The notes beneath the pieces were generated by a model. That model worked only from the letters and a program-made list of their open reading frames with translations, did not search any database and was not told where the DNA came from. From NCBI GenBank assembly GCA_002104905.1, contig MCFE01000645.1, positions 1-50,107 of the forward strand: a DNA stretch of 50,107 nt, given 5' to 3'. Position 1 is the first letter of the stretch. Each line of letters opens with the position of its first letter. Source of the DNA: Basidiobolus meristosporus CBS 931.73. Its lineage: Eukaryota; Fungi; Basidiobolomycota. Made by a program: the position numbers and the translations under genes. Below, piece by piece: positions 1 to 11,213 of this stretch.

Positions 1-19
1 CTACATTGACAAAGAGGAG

Positions 20-1415
20 ATAACATAACTTGCAGTTTTCCTATTTGAATACACACTTGTTATTGAATAATCAATAAAATTACCAACTCATTTTACAAGG
101 ATGAATTTTGCAACACAATGATGGGTTACATGGCAATTGATGGTGTTTGATTATGACGCTATAGTGGGGTGACAGTGACACCCACTGACAGATGTGCTTG
201 TTCCCTTATTTTCTACTTCCCTATATCTCTACTACACTTATTTTAGTTTTATAACATTTGTCTTACCCAATCAGTACTATCCCATAAGCTGGTTGACTAT
301 CACACCTGCTTACCTTATTGCATAAGTTACCCCTCACTTTATGTAAGATTACTAGCTATAAGTACTACTATATTAGGCAAGTACCCACACCAGTACCCGT
401 GACACATGATCAACATGTGTCACCATCTGTACCATTTCCATACCATATATGGTATCTCCATATTACACAGGTTTCAGAATACTGATTCCTGATTGGTTGA
501 ATGTGCTGTGCCTCTTAGAACCTTCCGGCACCTACTTAGAACATTCTTAGGTTATTCTGATGTCATTAAGATTTCTATTGATATCCAGAACCTTCTGGAA
601 CACCATGATTAGTAATCACTTAGCCAGTAAGAAAAGTATATTAGGGAGGCTATCCCTCAACAATAAATCATCATCCTTTTTATCAATATACCAACTTGTT
701 GATTAGTGTGATCACTGCTACCTGCTGCTACCTGAACTTCCAACCCTAGGCCACAGGACACTCCCAGGAAGCTGCGCTGACAGCCAACTGACCTTGGAGG
801 CACTACTTGTGAGGAATACTCAGAGTAGTTATCTTTCATTATATTTGATTCTTTCCCAAATTTGTTCTTGTACAGGCAAAGATACTTTTCTGTCTTTGTA
901 ACTATTGACCACAGCTGCATTCTTATCAAGTCCCTGCTGGTGGAGTTTACAGTTGTTTTGACTTTGGAAGCTTTAGTACATTGTCATCTAAAGGATGCTG
1001 AACCCAGCACATACTTTTGTTAAGATGCCAACTAAGTTTGGGATTGCAGCTCAATAGTTTTCCCTTGACAAGCTTGTGGCTTTATTCCCCTTCACATTAG
1101 ATTAGAGACAGAACTCAAGTATTCCTAGCAAGCTTTTGCCAGAGATTATTGCACCCAGTGAACACTCCACACACAAAACACTTGAGAAGTGCTGGACATA
1201 TCTCTCCCTTGAACCTATACACCACCACAATGCAAAGAAAATCAGATGAATTAAGCCAAATGTGGCAATTTGTTGCAAATCACCTCTACACAATTGCAGA
1301 TATCCTATTTGATGATAGAATTGTGAGTAGTTCAACTATAAACTCATCAAGTCTTTGTTTGAGAACAATTTTTGCAACAAAATGATGCAATTCAGGGCAA
1401 TTGATGGATATTCTG
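20..1415 (+). repeat. Two copies of a ~140-bp unit (about 20-159 plus 1230-1260, and 1270-1415) upstream of the DDE transposase; third copy at ~49520-49690
   Basis: Shared core TTTTGCAACAnAATGATG...GGCAATTGATGG and TCCTATTTGA at ~105-145, ~1370-1408 and ~49621-49659. The first unit is split by A1. Confidence 0.6.
160..1229 (+). mobile_element. Family A solo LTR-like unit (1070 bp), copy A1
   Basis: Starts TATAGTGGGGTG (TGTAGTGGGG in other copies) and ends TACACCACCACA. Flanked by 4-bp duplication ACGC (156-159)/ATGC (1230-1233). The uninterrupted homologous site is at ~49620-49695. Near-identical copies at 6230, 18388, 30796, 31856, 37911. Confidence 0.85.
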
Positions 1416-1761
1416 TTGTGTTGTATTATGATTAGTTTGGGGCTTTTTATACAATGTAGAGGCTAATCAACAATATACAACAACTTCCAGTTTGCTAACA
1501 CTGAAATGTTTACTGGGAGTTTGATATACCAACAGAAGATATAACTTTCACTAATATTCTCAATCTTAGGCTCAAAATATACTATAGGCAGTGTTTCTCA
1601 CTTCTAAAGCAGTGTTCTGCCTTTCTGTTGACTAATGGGATTATTTACTTTCATAGTAGCTTTTCCTTATTTGGAGGTCACTTTTCTTTCTGAGAAAATA
1701 CCTCCTAATATAGAAATTCCAAACTCCCCTTTAACCTAAAGGCATGTGTTGCAGAAGTCTC

Positions 1762-1819
1762 TAAAGGGGCCTTTAGACCTAAAGGGGTGTCTTTAGAGTA
1801 AAGGGGTTTCTTAGAGGGG
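1762..1819. repeat. Degenerate ~19-bp tandem repeat, 3 copies
   Basis: TAAAGGGGCCTTTAGACC / TAAAGGGGTGTCTTTAGAG / TAAAAGGGGTTTCTTAGAG. Confidence 0.5.
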
Positions 1820-1957
1820 ACTTTTCCAACAGAAAAGTGGTAGTTTCTTGTAGAACTTAGATTGGATTCTTGTGAGCTTTGCAATCTCTTTACTGATGAA
1901 GTACCAATCAATGTCAAAATACTCAACAGTGCAAGTGATGCATTTCCTGGTATTACT

Positions 1958-2750
1958 TACTCATATGCGTAGTACTTTCACATCAATCCCATCACTACCA
2001 CCAGATTTTCTGCTCAGGTATTAGAGGGGATCAATGAAAAATAATGGGGACCATCTACCACAGTTTACTCATGGAGATCCCTAGTTAAGCTTATTACAAG
2101 AACTATTGCCCTATAAGGTCTCATCCCCCCATTTATGGTAATAAAAGTCCTGGGAGTTTTATTTGTAGCTGACAGAAATTGACAACCACCTTGCTGAAAG
2201 GATGAATGACTCAGACAAAGCTTGGAATACTAGGTTCAGAAGCACAAGTGGACTTTTACATCCCAGAGTGCTCAGCAGCAAGTTGAATATCAGGAGTATT
2301 TTGAATAACTTCCTGATAAGGATTAAAAGAACTTCTTGCAGGCAGGGGTGCATTTACTCCAACAGATACAAGGCACACTGTATGAAGCTTCAAGCACGGT
2401 CTGACAATGAGAGTAATATTATCCAGCTTAGTGTGCTGACTATTAAACCTGGTCCAGTTGCTAAAATCTGTGATTCACTTGCTCATTTGGCAAAATTGGA
2501 TATTTGATGTTAAACCAAGTAAAGTGATTATCAATCAACTAGTCAAATAGTAGCTCACAGCTCAGGATACATTTAGACCAATTAACCTCCGATGTACTGT
2601 CCAATTGGAATAATAGTAACTAGATGGTAAATATTAGTATAGTTTACAGTGTCATATGCATTTGAAGGAGGATATCCAAACACCAAATCTTATCAACCAT
2701 GTTAGTGTTATTCAATTGTGCTTGTCATGCATGCAATATTAGTTAGTGAA
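1958..2750 (+). pseudogene. Degenerate DDE_Tnp_4-type (PIF/Harbinger/ISL2EU, IS5-like) transposase
   Basis: ORF 2202-2507 reads ...ILNNFLIRIKRTSCRQGCIYSNRYKAHCMKLQARSDNESNII, resembling the DDE_Tnp_4 IDGT.I.I.RP...Q...YSG.KK.H..K.Q...D..G.I motif. The 5' part is homologous to the open ORF at 49754 but carries stops and indels. Confidence 0.6.
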
Positions 2751-3239
2751 ATCATCTGTGCCAACCTCATTGAACTATATTTTCCCATAGTTTGCAAGAT
2801 TTTCCCACATAAAGCAAAACTGTCCCAGAGCCATCCTGCCTATTGGTAGTTACAATATTGTGCCTGATTATTCTTTACAACTATGGATTGCACCACATAC
2901 ACTGGCACAGTACAATCAAATAAGTCTTTTATCTCAATACAAATATAGCACTCATTTCATTATTTTACCGTTTACTTTTGCATCACACATAAGAAAGATC
3001 AAGAAATCCAACCTTGAAGGACAATAGCTCAAGACACTGATAATTAATCTGTCCAAGAATTCCATGTCATACAAAACAATCAGTAGTCAGCACATGATTC
3101 CAATACAGCCCACTTGAAATAAAACTCAAGGGGCTATTATGAAAAGAGTCCAATAATCTTAGAAGTTAGCACTCTATTGCTATGAATAGACACATTACAT
3201 GACAGTTGAGCTAGGCAAGGTAGAACTAGGAGATATGGA

Positions 3240-3531
3240 CACTATAAGAGATGAAAATGCTTGAGGAATTCATGCACTATGGTCATGTGATATGGCTACC
3301 AGTGTGAGCTCTTGCCTAATATAGGGGCAGCTACATCTAGCAATCTTATGCACAGGGGGGAATAACTTGTGCCATGAAATAAGCAGTTGTCATAGTTAGC
3401 TGGCTTATGTGTTAGTGCTGATCAAATATATCAAATGGGATAAGCCAAAATAAGGGTAGTAGAGATGTATCAATGTTGAAAATATGGGAATGAGCACATC
3501 TGTCAGTGGGTATCACAGTGACCCCACTACA
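3240..3531 (-). mobile_element. Old, diverged 5' fragment of a family A/D LTR-like unit
   Basis: Ends ...GAGCACATCTGTCAGTGGGTATCACAGTGACCCCACTACA, the reverse complement of the A terminus. Upstream CTTGCCTAATATAG and CTGGCTTATG blocks match A. Confidence 0.7.
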
Positions 3532-3559
3532 GCAGATGGATACAACAGCTTACATTGAG

Positions 3560-4255
3560 TGGTGAGAGACCAGTTGCACTATGACATGAGTTGTGATAGG
3601 CAAACTGTGGAAGCAGGCATTCTCCTTGGTATCTATGTTCTGGGATAAGAGAATGAAGTAAGCTAGCTTTGTGAGTCAATCTGTTACTACTAGGACTAAG
3701 TTGACTTGCTTGAATTTTAGCAGGTTGGTTATAATGATAATTTATCTTTTATTGCTTTTCAAAGATTGGCAAGGGTTGGCAATGCCCATATTGCATGTGT
3801 CTGTCAGTCTGCCCACAGCTTCATATATGAAAGGAGTGGAGGTATCCCTTGTCAGGCAATATCATGATGGGCCATCAGAGGTGTCTCTTGACTGCATTCA
3901 TAGTTTTGGAAATATCAAGTTGTTCTGCAGCCATAAAATCATGGCAAGAATGGAAGATATCCAACTTGATAGTAAGGTCTGGGACAAATAGTTGATGCTT
4001 GTGATATATGATATCATTGGCTAAATGTAGGTGCTGGAGGTTCTGGAACCTGAGTGGTGGTTCAGTGGCAGACTTAATATGATTCTTGATTGTTGAGGCT
4101 GTGGATTTGGTGGCTTTGCTGGTCTCTACTTTTTCAAAGACCTAGGGAGCAGTAATACCACAGGACTGGGTTACCAGGAGCTCAGTGTCTTTTGTTGAGT
4201 ATAGGGCTCTTCACTTGCCAACAGGCATCATCCCCTTCTTCAAAACAATACTCAT
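3560..4255 (-). pseudogene. pol: Family C (chromovirus) RNaseH-integrase fragment
   Basis: Reverse strand aligns with 25600-26100 (NDIIYHKHQLFVPDL...DIFHSCHD, zinc-binding region); many stops. Confidence 0.75.
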
Positions 4256-4649
4256 TCTTTCTGGTGTTACAAGTCTTGGTAAAAGAGTTGTAGAGGAATA
4301 GGGAGATTAGCTAGTATTGTATTCACTAAAACTTGAACTGATCTTTATTGAGGTTCCAGCAGCTTCTTATATACATTTTGCCAGATCAATTGCTGACTAA
4401 TTTTATTTCCTAATGTAGGCTGTGGCTGATGACTCATTTAATTGCATCATCATCACCCAATGAGATCCTACTTCATATATCTATTCCTGTCTGATAAGGA
4501 TCTGCTGATTCATTAGCTGACTAAAACTACAGATTTGATAGATAATACTGATATACTGATAAGCTTAGCAAATAACTAATTGATTTGACTAAAAGCTAAT
4601 CTAACTTAACCATTCAAGTGGCAGATCATAGCATTCTCCCCTACTAAAG

Positions 4650-6229
4650 TGGATAGGGCTCTCCTGATTCCCTTTTCTTGTATACAAATATCTTGATGGT
4701 TCAGTATTATCAGTAAGTCTTGCAAGCTTGAGTCTGTCCCTATGCACTAAGTCTTCCCAGATATTGCCTTGTTTGTCCAATAGTTGGTCAGTTGCAAATG
4801 GACATTCTCTAATGATCTTGAATGGTCCTGTCCATTGTGGCACAAATTCTTCCAAGTGTTGTTTCTTAGCAATATAAAGTTCCCAACTGTCAATGCTTCT
4901 GGTGTTATAGTCTTATCAAATCTCTGCTTCATCTTTTCTGCACTTTGAGATACTTTGATCTGTGCTTCTTGCTGTCTTTGTTCCAGTTGCTGGTGTCTAC
5001 TTGGCTGACTGAGCTCCTCTTCTAAGGTGTTTGTAAGCTTTAGTTGTGTGAGATTTTGTGTAATTCTTGGCTCACATCCATACACTAGTAAAATGGCAAT
5101 TGTTGAGTGGTGTTGTGTACTCTGACTCTGCATGCAAAGAGTGCTTGGTCTATATATTCATCCCATCAACTGACAACTCCATTTGCATACTTGGTCAGCA
5201 TTTTTCCAAAAAATTCATTAAACCGCTCAATTACTCCATTAGTTCTGGGGTAATATGCCAAGATTTTCAAGTGTTTGATCTGCTGCATTTCCAGGTAAGC
5301 TTCCAATGTTGTTGCCATAAAGTTTGCACCTCAATCTGATAGAATCTTTACAGAGCATCCAAAATTCATAAGAATCTCATGGTAGATGAAGCTTGCAACT
5401 TCTTGTTCACTGGCTATAGGTATAGCTTTAGCCACTGGCCATTTAGTGGCATGGTCAATTGTTACTAGGATTCAATGGTTGCATTTCCTGGTAGTCAGTA
5501 GTCTTCCAAGAAAGTCAATTACCCATCTTTTGAATGGTCTTAAAGGCTCCAAGGGAAAGAGTTTGGCAATTGTCTGCAGTTGGCCTAGGTTGATTTGGCA
5601 ATTTGAGCATGCTTTCACTAGCTACTGAATGTCATGTTTCATTCTGGGCCACCATGCTCTGGCTTTCACAAGGCTATTGGTTCCTTCAATTCCAAGATGT
5701 CCATATCCATTTTGTAGCTTATGTATTTAATCCAGGCAAGCCACATAAGGGTAATTGGTAATAGGGCTTCCATCAACAACTTGGTCAAGTGTTTCCTCCT
5801 GTACTACAAATTTGCTGGCTTCATCCTGAATTATCTTCTGGATCTCTTCATCCACCTCATTAGGAATGGCTTGGTCCTCCAAGTACCTTGGTAATAGGCT
5901 AGGCCAATATGATTCATGCACCAAGTTGAGTGGTGCAACTTATTCTAGTCTTGATAAGGCATCAGCAACTGTGTTGTTTTTTCCAAGGCAGTAGACAATC
6001 TCCAAGTCAAATTACTGCATGTATTCACTCCATCTTGTCATTCTTCTAGAGAGTACCCTCTGAGAAAATATATACTTGAGGGAGGCACAATCAGTCTTCA
6101 CAGTGAACTTGGCTCCTTCAATATTGCATCTCCATGTCTTCAAAGTGTGTATTATAGCAAGCATCCCCTTTGCATGCACTGGATAGTTTTGTTCTGCTGA
6201 GTTCAGTTTCTTGGATTCAAAGGCAACGG
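4650..6229 (-). pseudogene. pol: B1 RNaseH-integrase remnant
   Basis: ORF pieces 6012-6251, 5727-5924, 4747-5133 and 4601-4855 translate to Ty3 RNaseH, linker, integrase and GPF motif. Confidence 0.85.
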
Positions 6230-7135
6230 TGTAGTGGGGTAACAGTGACACCCACTGACAGATGAGCTCATTCCCATATTTGCTACTTCCCTATATCTCT
6301 ACTACACTTATTTTAGTTTTATAACATTTGTCTTACCTGATCAGTACTATCCCATAAGCCAGTTGACTTTCACACCTGCTTACCTTAATGCATATGTTGT
6401 CTCTCACTTTATGTAAGATTACTAGCTGTGAGTGCTTATATATTAGTCAAGTACCTGTGCCAGTACCCATGACACATGATCAACCTGTGTCACCATTCCT
6501 ACCATATTCATACCATATATGGTATTCCTATGTTATACAGGTTTCAGAACACTGATTCCTGATTGGTTAGATGTGCTGTGCTTAGAACCTTCCAGCACCT
6601 ACTTAGAACATTCTTAGGTCATTCTGATGTTATTACAATTTTTATTGACATCTGGAACCTTATGGAACACCATGATTAGTAATTACTTAGCCAGTAAGAT
6701 AAGTATATAAGGGAGGCTATCCCTCAACAATAAATCATCATCCTTTTTATCAATATACCAACTTGTTGATTAGTGTGATCACTGCTACCTGCTGCTACCT
6801 GAACTTCCAACCCTAGGCCACAGGACACTCCCAGGAAACTGCGCTGACAGCCAACTGACCTTGGAGGCACCACTTGTGAGGAATACTCAGAGTAGCTATC
6901 TTTTATTATATTTTGATTCTTTCCCAAATTTGTTCTTGTACAGGCAAAGATACTTTTCTGTCTTTGTAACTATTGACCACAGCTGCATTCTTATCAAGTC
7001 CCTGCTGGTGGAGTTTACAGTTGTTTTGACTTTGGAAGCTTTAGTACATTGTCATCTCAAAGGATGCTGAACCCAGCACATACTCTTGTTAAGATGCCAA
7101 CTAAGTTGGGGATTGTAGCTCAATAGTTTTCCCTT
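6230..7135 (+). mobile_element. Family A unit A2, 3'-truncated
   Basis: Begins TGTAGTGGGGTAACAG after flank ACGG. Colinear with A1 up to CAATAGTTTTCCCTT, then joins B1 gag via AGC microhomology. Confidence 0.85.
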
Positions 7136-7972
7136 AGCTCCAGGGCCTCAATATGGTTAAAGGTTCTTGATGGCTGGTATCCATTTCTTCTCTGAGGGCA
7201 GTACTTTGCAATATGTCCCTGCTGGTGGCAAATGAAGCAAAGACCTATCTTCTTACATTCTTTTGAGGTATGTTTCTTCTGGATAGCATCTATTTCCATT
7301 GGCCCTGCTTCTGATTGTCTTCTTTCATAGTGATTGTAGCCTTTCTGATTAGTCATTGTGGGCTTCCCAACTCAAAAGAGAGCTGAGTCATAGTCAATAG
7401 CAGTCTTGATGGCTTCCTCAATATTCTGAGGTCTTTATAATTCACTTCTTGCCAGTTCTTTGTTTCAACCCATCAATAAAGTATTCAGCTTGATCCAGAG
7501 GGTCCTTTCTTTCAATCTGCCCAAGTAGACATCTATATTCTTAGATGTACTCTTGAACCATTCCTTTCTGTCTGAGTGTCTTCAACTTTCTTCTTAGTAG
7601 TGTCTGTTGGTGTGGGGGCTCAAAGGCATCCTGAATTTCCAACACATACTTGTCCCAACACAAACTCATCCCAGGTAGAGATTGTAGAGCATCCCATCAT
7701 GGTGGCAGACCTGATCTTGTAATGGTATCACTGTAAACCTGCATCTGCCAGGTAAGAGGCAGCATTATGTAACTTGCTTTCTGGGGAATTCCCTTAGCCT
7801 TGAAAGCTTCTTCAATCTGAAAGAGCCTGGTTCCCAGGTTTTCATTGACTCTACCATGGTACTGGTTGACCTTCACACTAAAGTTATTCTTGACAGGGTT
7901 TAGCTGGCTTTGGGCCATGGTAGTCATTCCTTGTTGCTGCCGGGCCAGTATTTGTTGCATAGAGTTCTTCAT
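7120..7972 (-). pseudogene. gag: B1 gag remnant with CCHC zinc knuckle
   Basis: PMEIDAIQ...CFICHQQGHIAKYC; N-terminal VKVNQYHGRVNENLGT.LFQIE. Confidence 0.8.
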
Positions 7973-8316
7973 TCCCGATTTTCAGACATCTTGAGGGAGG
8001 CTTCTTCTTTCTTCAGGAGGGATGTTTCTGGTTATTGCTGCCATCAATGGTACAAGTCTTGGTATAAGAGTTGTCAAGGAATAGGGAGTTTAGCTAGTAT
8101 TGTATTCACTAAAACTTGAACTGATCTTTATGGAGGTTCCAGCAGCTCCTAATATACATCTTCTCAGATCAATGGCTGACTAATTGTATTTCCTAATGTA
8201 GGCTGTGGTTGATGACTCATCTGATTGCATCATCATCACCCAATAAGATCCTACTTAATATACCTATTTCTGTCTGATAAGGATCTGCTGATCCATTTGC
8301 TGACTAAAGCTACTGG

Positions 8317-9454
8317 CAATGACTAGTGCTGTATCAGTGGCCAGTGAGTAACAAGTCTGAAGTATCCTATACCTTGAGATCCTGATGAAATTTGGCTGCC
8401 CTGTGGAAATCTTAAGAGATAGATGAACAAACTGTATGGAAAATGCATTGTAAGCCTACTTGGGAATGTAGCAGATCAGACTTTTGAAGCTTTGTCATTT
8501 TGTCATATAATAAAAGGAGTTGCTAAGTAGCTTAAAGGATAATAAGGTAAAATGCTAACAAGAATGCAAATGGAGTTGTAATTAGATGGGACAAATACAT
8601 TGATCAAATACTCTTTGCCTGCAGAGTCAGGGTGTAAACACTACCCAAAAATCGCCATTTACTTGGTATATGGATGTGAATCAAGGATTCCAGGAAAGCC
8701 CACACAGCCAAAACTCACTGACAACCTGGAGGATTAACTAAGCAAGACTAGTAGAAACCAATAATGGGACCACAAGCATCAGGAGGTATAGGCTGCATTC
8801 CAAAATAGTGCACAAACATTAAGTAGAGATCTGATAGGTCTACACTGCAATAAGTTATGAGAGTTGAGAACTTTATGATTTTAAGAAGAAACTCCTGGAA
8901 GAATTATGATACACCATGGACAGGACTATTCAAGATCAGCAGAGAATCTCCTCTTGCAACTTACCAACTAATAGACAAACAAGGGAGTATACAGGAAGAT
9001 CTAGTTTATAAAGACAGACTCAAGCTTGCAAGAATCACTGATAATGCCAATACTTCAAAAAAAAGATTTAGGAGGCCTTCTCAGTCATGGTAGGGAAGAA
9101 TGTTATGATCGGATGCTTGAATGTCCTAGTTAGATCAGTTTTAAGTGAGATCAATTATTTATGTGTTTAGCCTAGAAAAATATTGGAATTGTCTATCAAA
9201 TCACTGGTGTCAGTCAGCAGACCATTATCAGCAAGAAGCAGAAATAATGAGTGAGATCTAACTGGGCAATGATGCTGTAAGCAAACAAGTTATCAGCCTC
9301 AACCTACACTAGGAAATATGATTAGTCAGCACTTGATCTGGCAACAGGTATGTGGTGTTGCTGGAGCCTCTACAAAGTTCTGTTCAGGTTTGTGTGAATA
9401 CAATACAAGCTAAGCCCCTATTGCTGTTCTACTTGTACATCAAGACTCATCACA
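8317..9454 (+). mobile_element. Family B integrase 3' half plus diverged 3' LTR (9101-9454)
   Basis: WTGLFKIS and YKDRLKLAR motifs; PPT GGTAGGGAAGAA followed by TGTTATGATC; LTR ends CATCACA. Confidence 0.8.
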
Positions 9455-10740
9455 GGATGTTGTGACCTACAAAGTGTTTTGAAGTAAAAATAGTGATATC
9501 AGTTGACTGCTGTTTTTTCATGAAGCAGCTTAGTATTTATACCAATGTTAATGTAACACAACTGCAACACTTACGTAAGAATGTTTTCAAATAGTCAGGG
9601 GCATTCTGCAAGAGCTTCAGTGATAATACCAAATGTTTTCTAAAAGTGCCAATTGGATTTTAATTATAGGCAAATAATTAAGGGATCATAGATCCCAAAG
9701 AAAGCAGCAAAGTTAAGGTAGTAGGTGAGTCACACAGAGACTTAGAATAGTCCTGACTTGTTAACTGATTTTTAGCTGCTGAATGATACTACAAAGTCTA
9801 ATGTACAAAAACTCCCTATCAACTAAATAACTTTGTTATCACTATATGTCTCTGCAAATCTCAAACTGTGACCTAGCTAGTGGTTTTGTTAATGTGACCA
9901 CTGCTAAAATATTGAACTATTTTGTATTATTCAGCAGCTAAGAATTTATTTAACAATTCTGGACTAGTCTTGGTCACTGTAGAACTAATGTACAGCCCTA
10001 ACTTTGCCACTTTCTTTGTATCTGTGATACTATGATTATTCCCCAATAGTCATGATCAAATTAGCACTTTTACCAAACTTTTGGTGTAAACCCTGAAGCT
10101 GTTACAGGATGCTCCTAAATTTTGAAAAACCCCCCATACATAGTGTTACAGCTGTATTACCTCTACAAAGGTATAAATACTGAGCTTCCTTGTGAATAAA
10201 ACACAGTGTAATTATTATCACTATTTCTTGATAAGTTTCTTATAACCAAATCACTTCTTATATTGCAAAAACTACCACCCTCTTGTCAGTTGGGCAGTAA
10301 ATTTACTCCACTAAGTCAATCTTACAGCCTTCCTCACAAAGCAGTGTTGTATTTGTTGCATTTTATGAAGTGATTTGGTTACAAGAAACTTATCAAGAAA
10401 TATTGGTAATAGTTGAACTGTTGTTTATTCATAAAGAGGATCAGTATTTATACCTTTGTAGAAGTAATACAGCTGTAGCACTAAGTAAGTAGGATTTCTT
10501 AGCATTGAGGAGCATTCTGTAGAAGTTTCAGGGTTAGTGCATAATGATTGGTAAAATGTGATTATTTGATATTCACTATGGGGAAATAATCAGAGGATCA
10601 TAGATCTGAAGAAACTGGCAAAGGTGGGGCTGCAAGTAAGTCCTATATTGACCAAGACTAGTTTGGAACTTTTAAGTAAGTTTATAGCTGCTGAATGATA
10701 CCAAATGGTCCAATATTTCAACAGTATTACTATGTCCTTA
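9455..10740. mobile_element. Old foldback (MITE-like) element: inverted arms ~9905-10280 and ~10360-10740, plus a third arm copy at ~9455-9810
   Basis: ACAGCTGTATTACCTCTACAAAGGTATAAATACTGA vs TCAGTATTTATACCTTTGTAGAAGTAATACAGCTGT; TTCTTGATAAGTTTCTT vs AAGAAACTTATCAAGAA; TAGCTGCTGAATGATAC occurs at ~9775 and ~10686. Confidence 0.75.
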
Positions 10741-10769
10741 GTTTGGGAATGATTATTTGCATCTGTAGC

Positions 10770-11213
10770 TTACAAACTTTAACTTGGATTTTCCTTGTCA
10801 TATCAAGTTGCCTCATCCAAAATGAAATTCAAGTCTTTCAGTAGCATTTATAACATAGGGCCTTCTTAGTTGCTTGACAAGCAGTCATGTACTCTGCCTC
10901 AGTTGTAGAAAGCTCTACAATTAATTGTTTCTTATAATTCCCACTAAATGCTACACAAGCATATAGAAATACATATCAAGTGGTGGAGCATCCCTCAATC
11001 TGACCTTTACTCTGATCTTAATTACTACAGCATTTAAATCTGTGCCTATTAGTTGCTCTATAGTAGTCCAGAACCATATTGTTGGTATCTTACAGACTTT
11101 TGAAGACTTGCTTCATTACTGGAATCTGCTCAGATCCATAATTCTGCATGGCTTGATCAACTATTCCTACTGTCACAGTATTATCTGAACCTACTCATAC
11201 AATTCAGTACATT
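10770..11213 (-). pseudogene. pol: Ty1/copia RT C-terminus and RNaseH fragment
   Basis: Reverse strand gives KQLIVELSTTEAEYMTACQATKKAL, matching the copia SxxEAEY motif. Confidence 0.8.

Larger units (their letters stand above)
4265..8314 (-). mobile_element. Ty3/gypsy family B element B1: 3' LTR 4265-4633, truncated 5' LTR 8048-~8314; RT and protease deleted and replaced by an A unit
   Basis: LTR TGCTATGATC...CTTGTAACA. PPT AGTAGGGGAGAA at 4634-4645. Decayed PBS TTGATGGCAGC at 8037-8047. Integrase with WTGPFKII, RNaseH with VAFESKKLNSAEQNY, gag with CFICHQQGHIAKYC. Confidence 0.85.

Noticed and set aside
657-929. Recurrent ~90-aa antisense ORF (MIRMQLWSIVTK...) in family A copies at 657, 6724, 31105, 32157 and 38212
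   Set aside because: The copies are recent, so shared openness is expected. Differences include many amino-acid changes, one copy is frameshifted, and there is no recognisable domain. A dN/dS test would be needed to revive it.
160-1229. Family A as a Ginger-type DNA transposon or DIRS terminal repeat
   Set aside because: It shares long sequence blocks with the family C LTR and has only a very short imperfect TIR. No tyrosine recombinase or standalone integrase is seen. An LTR origin is more parsimonious, though no internal region is present here.
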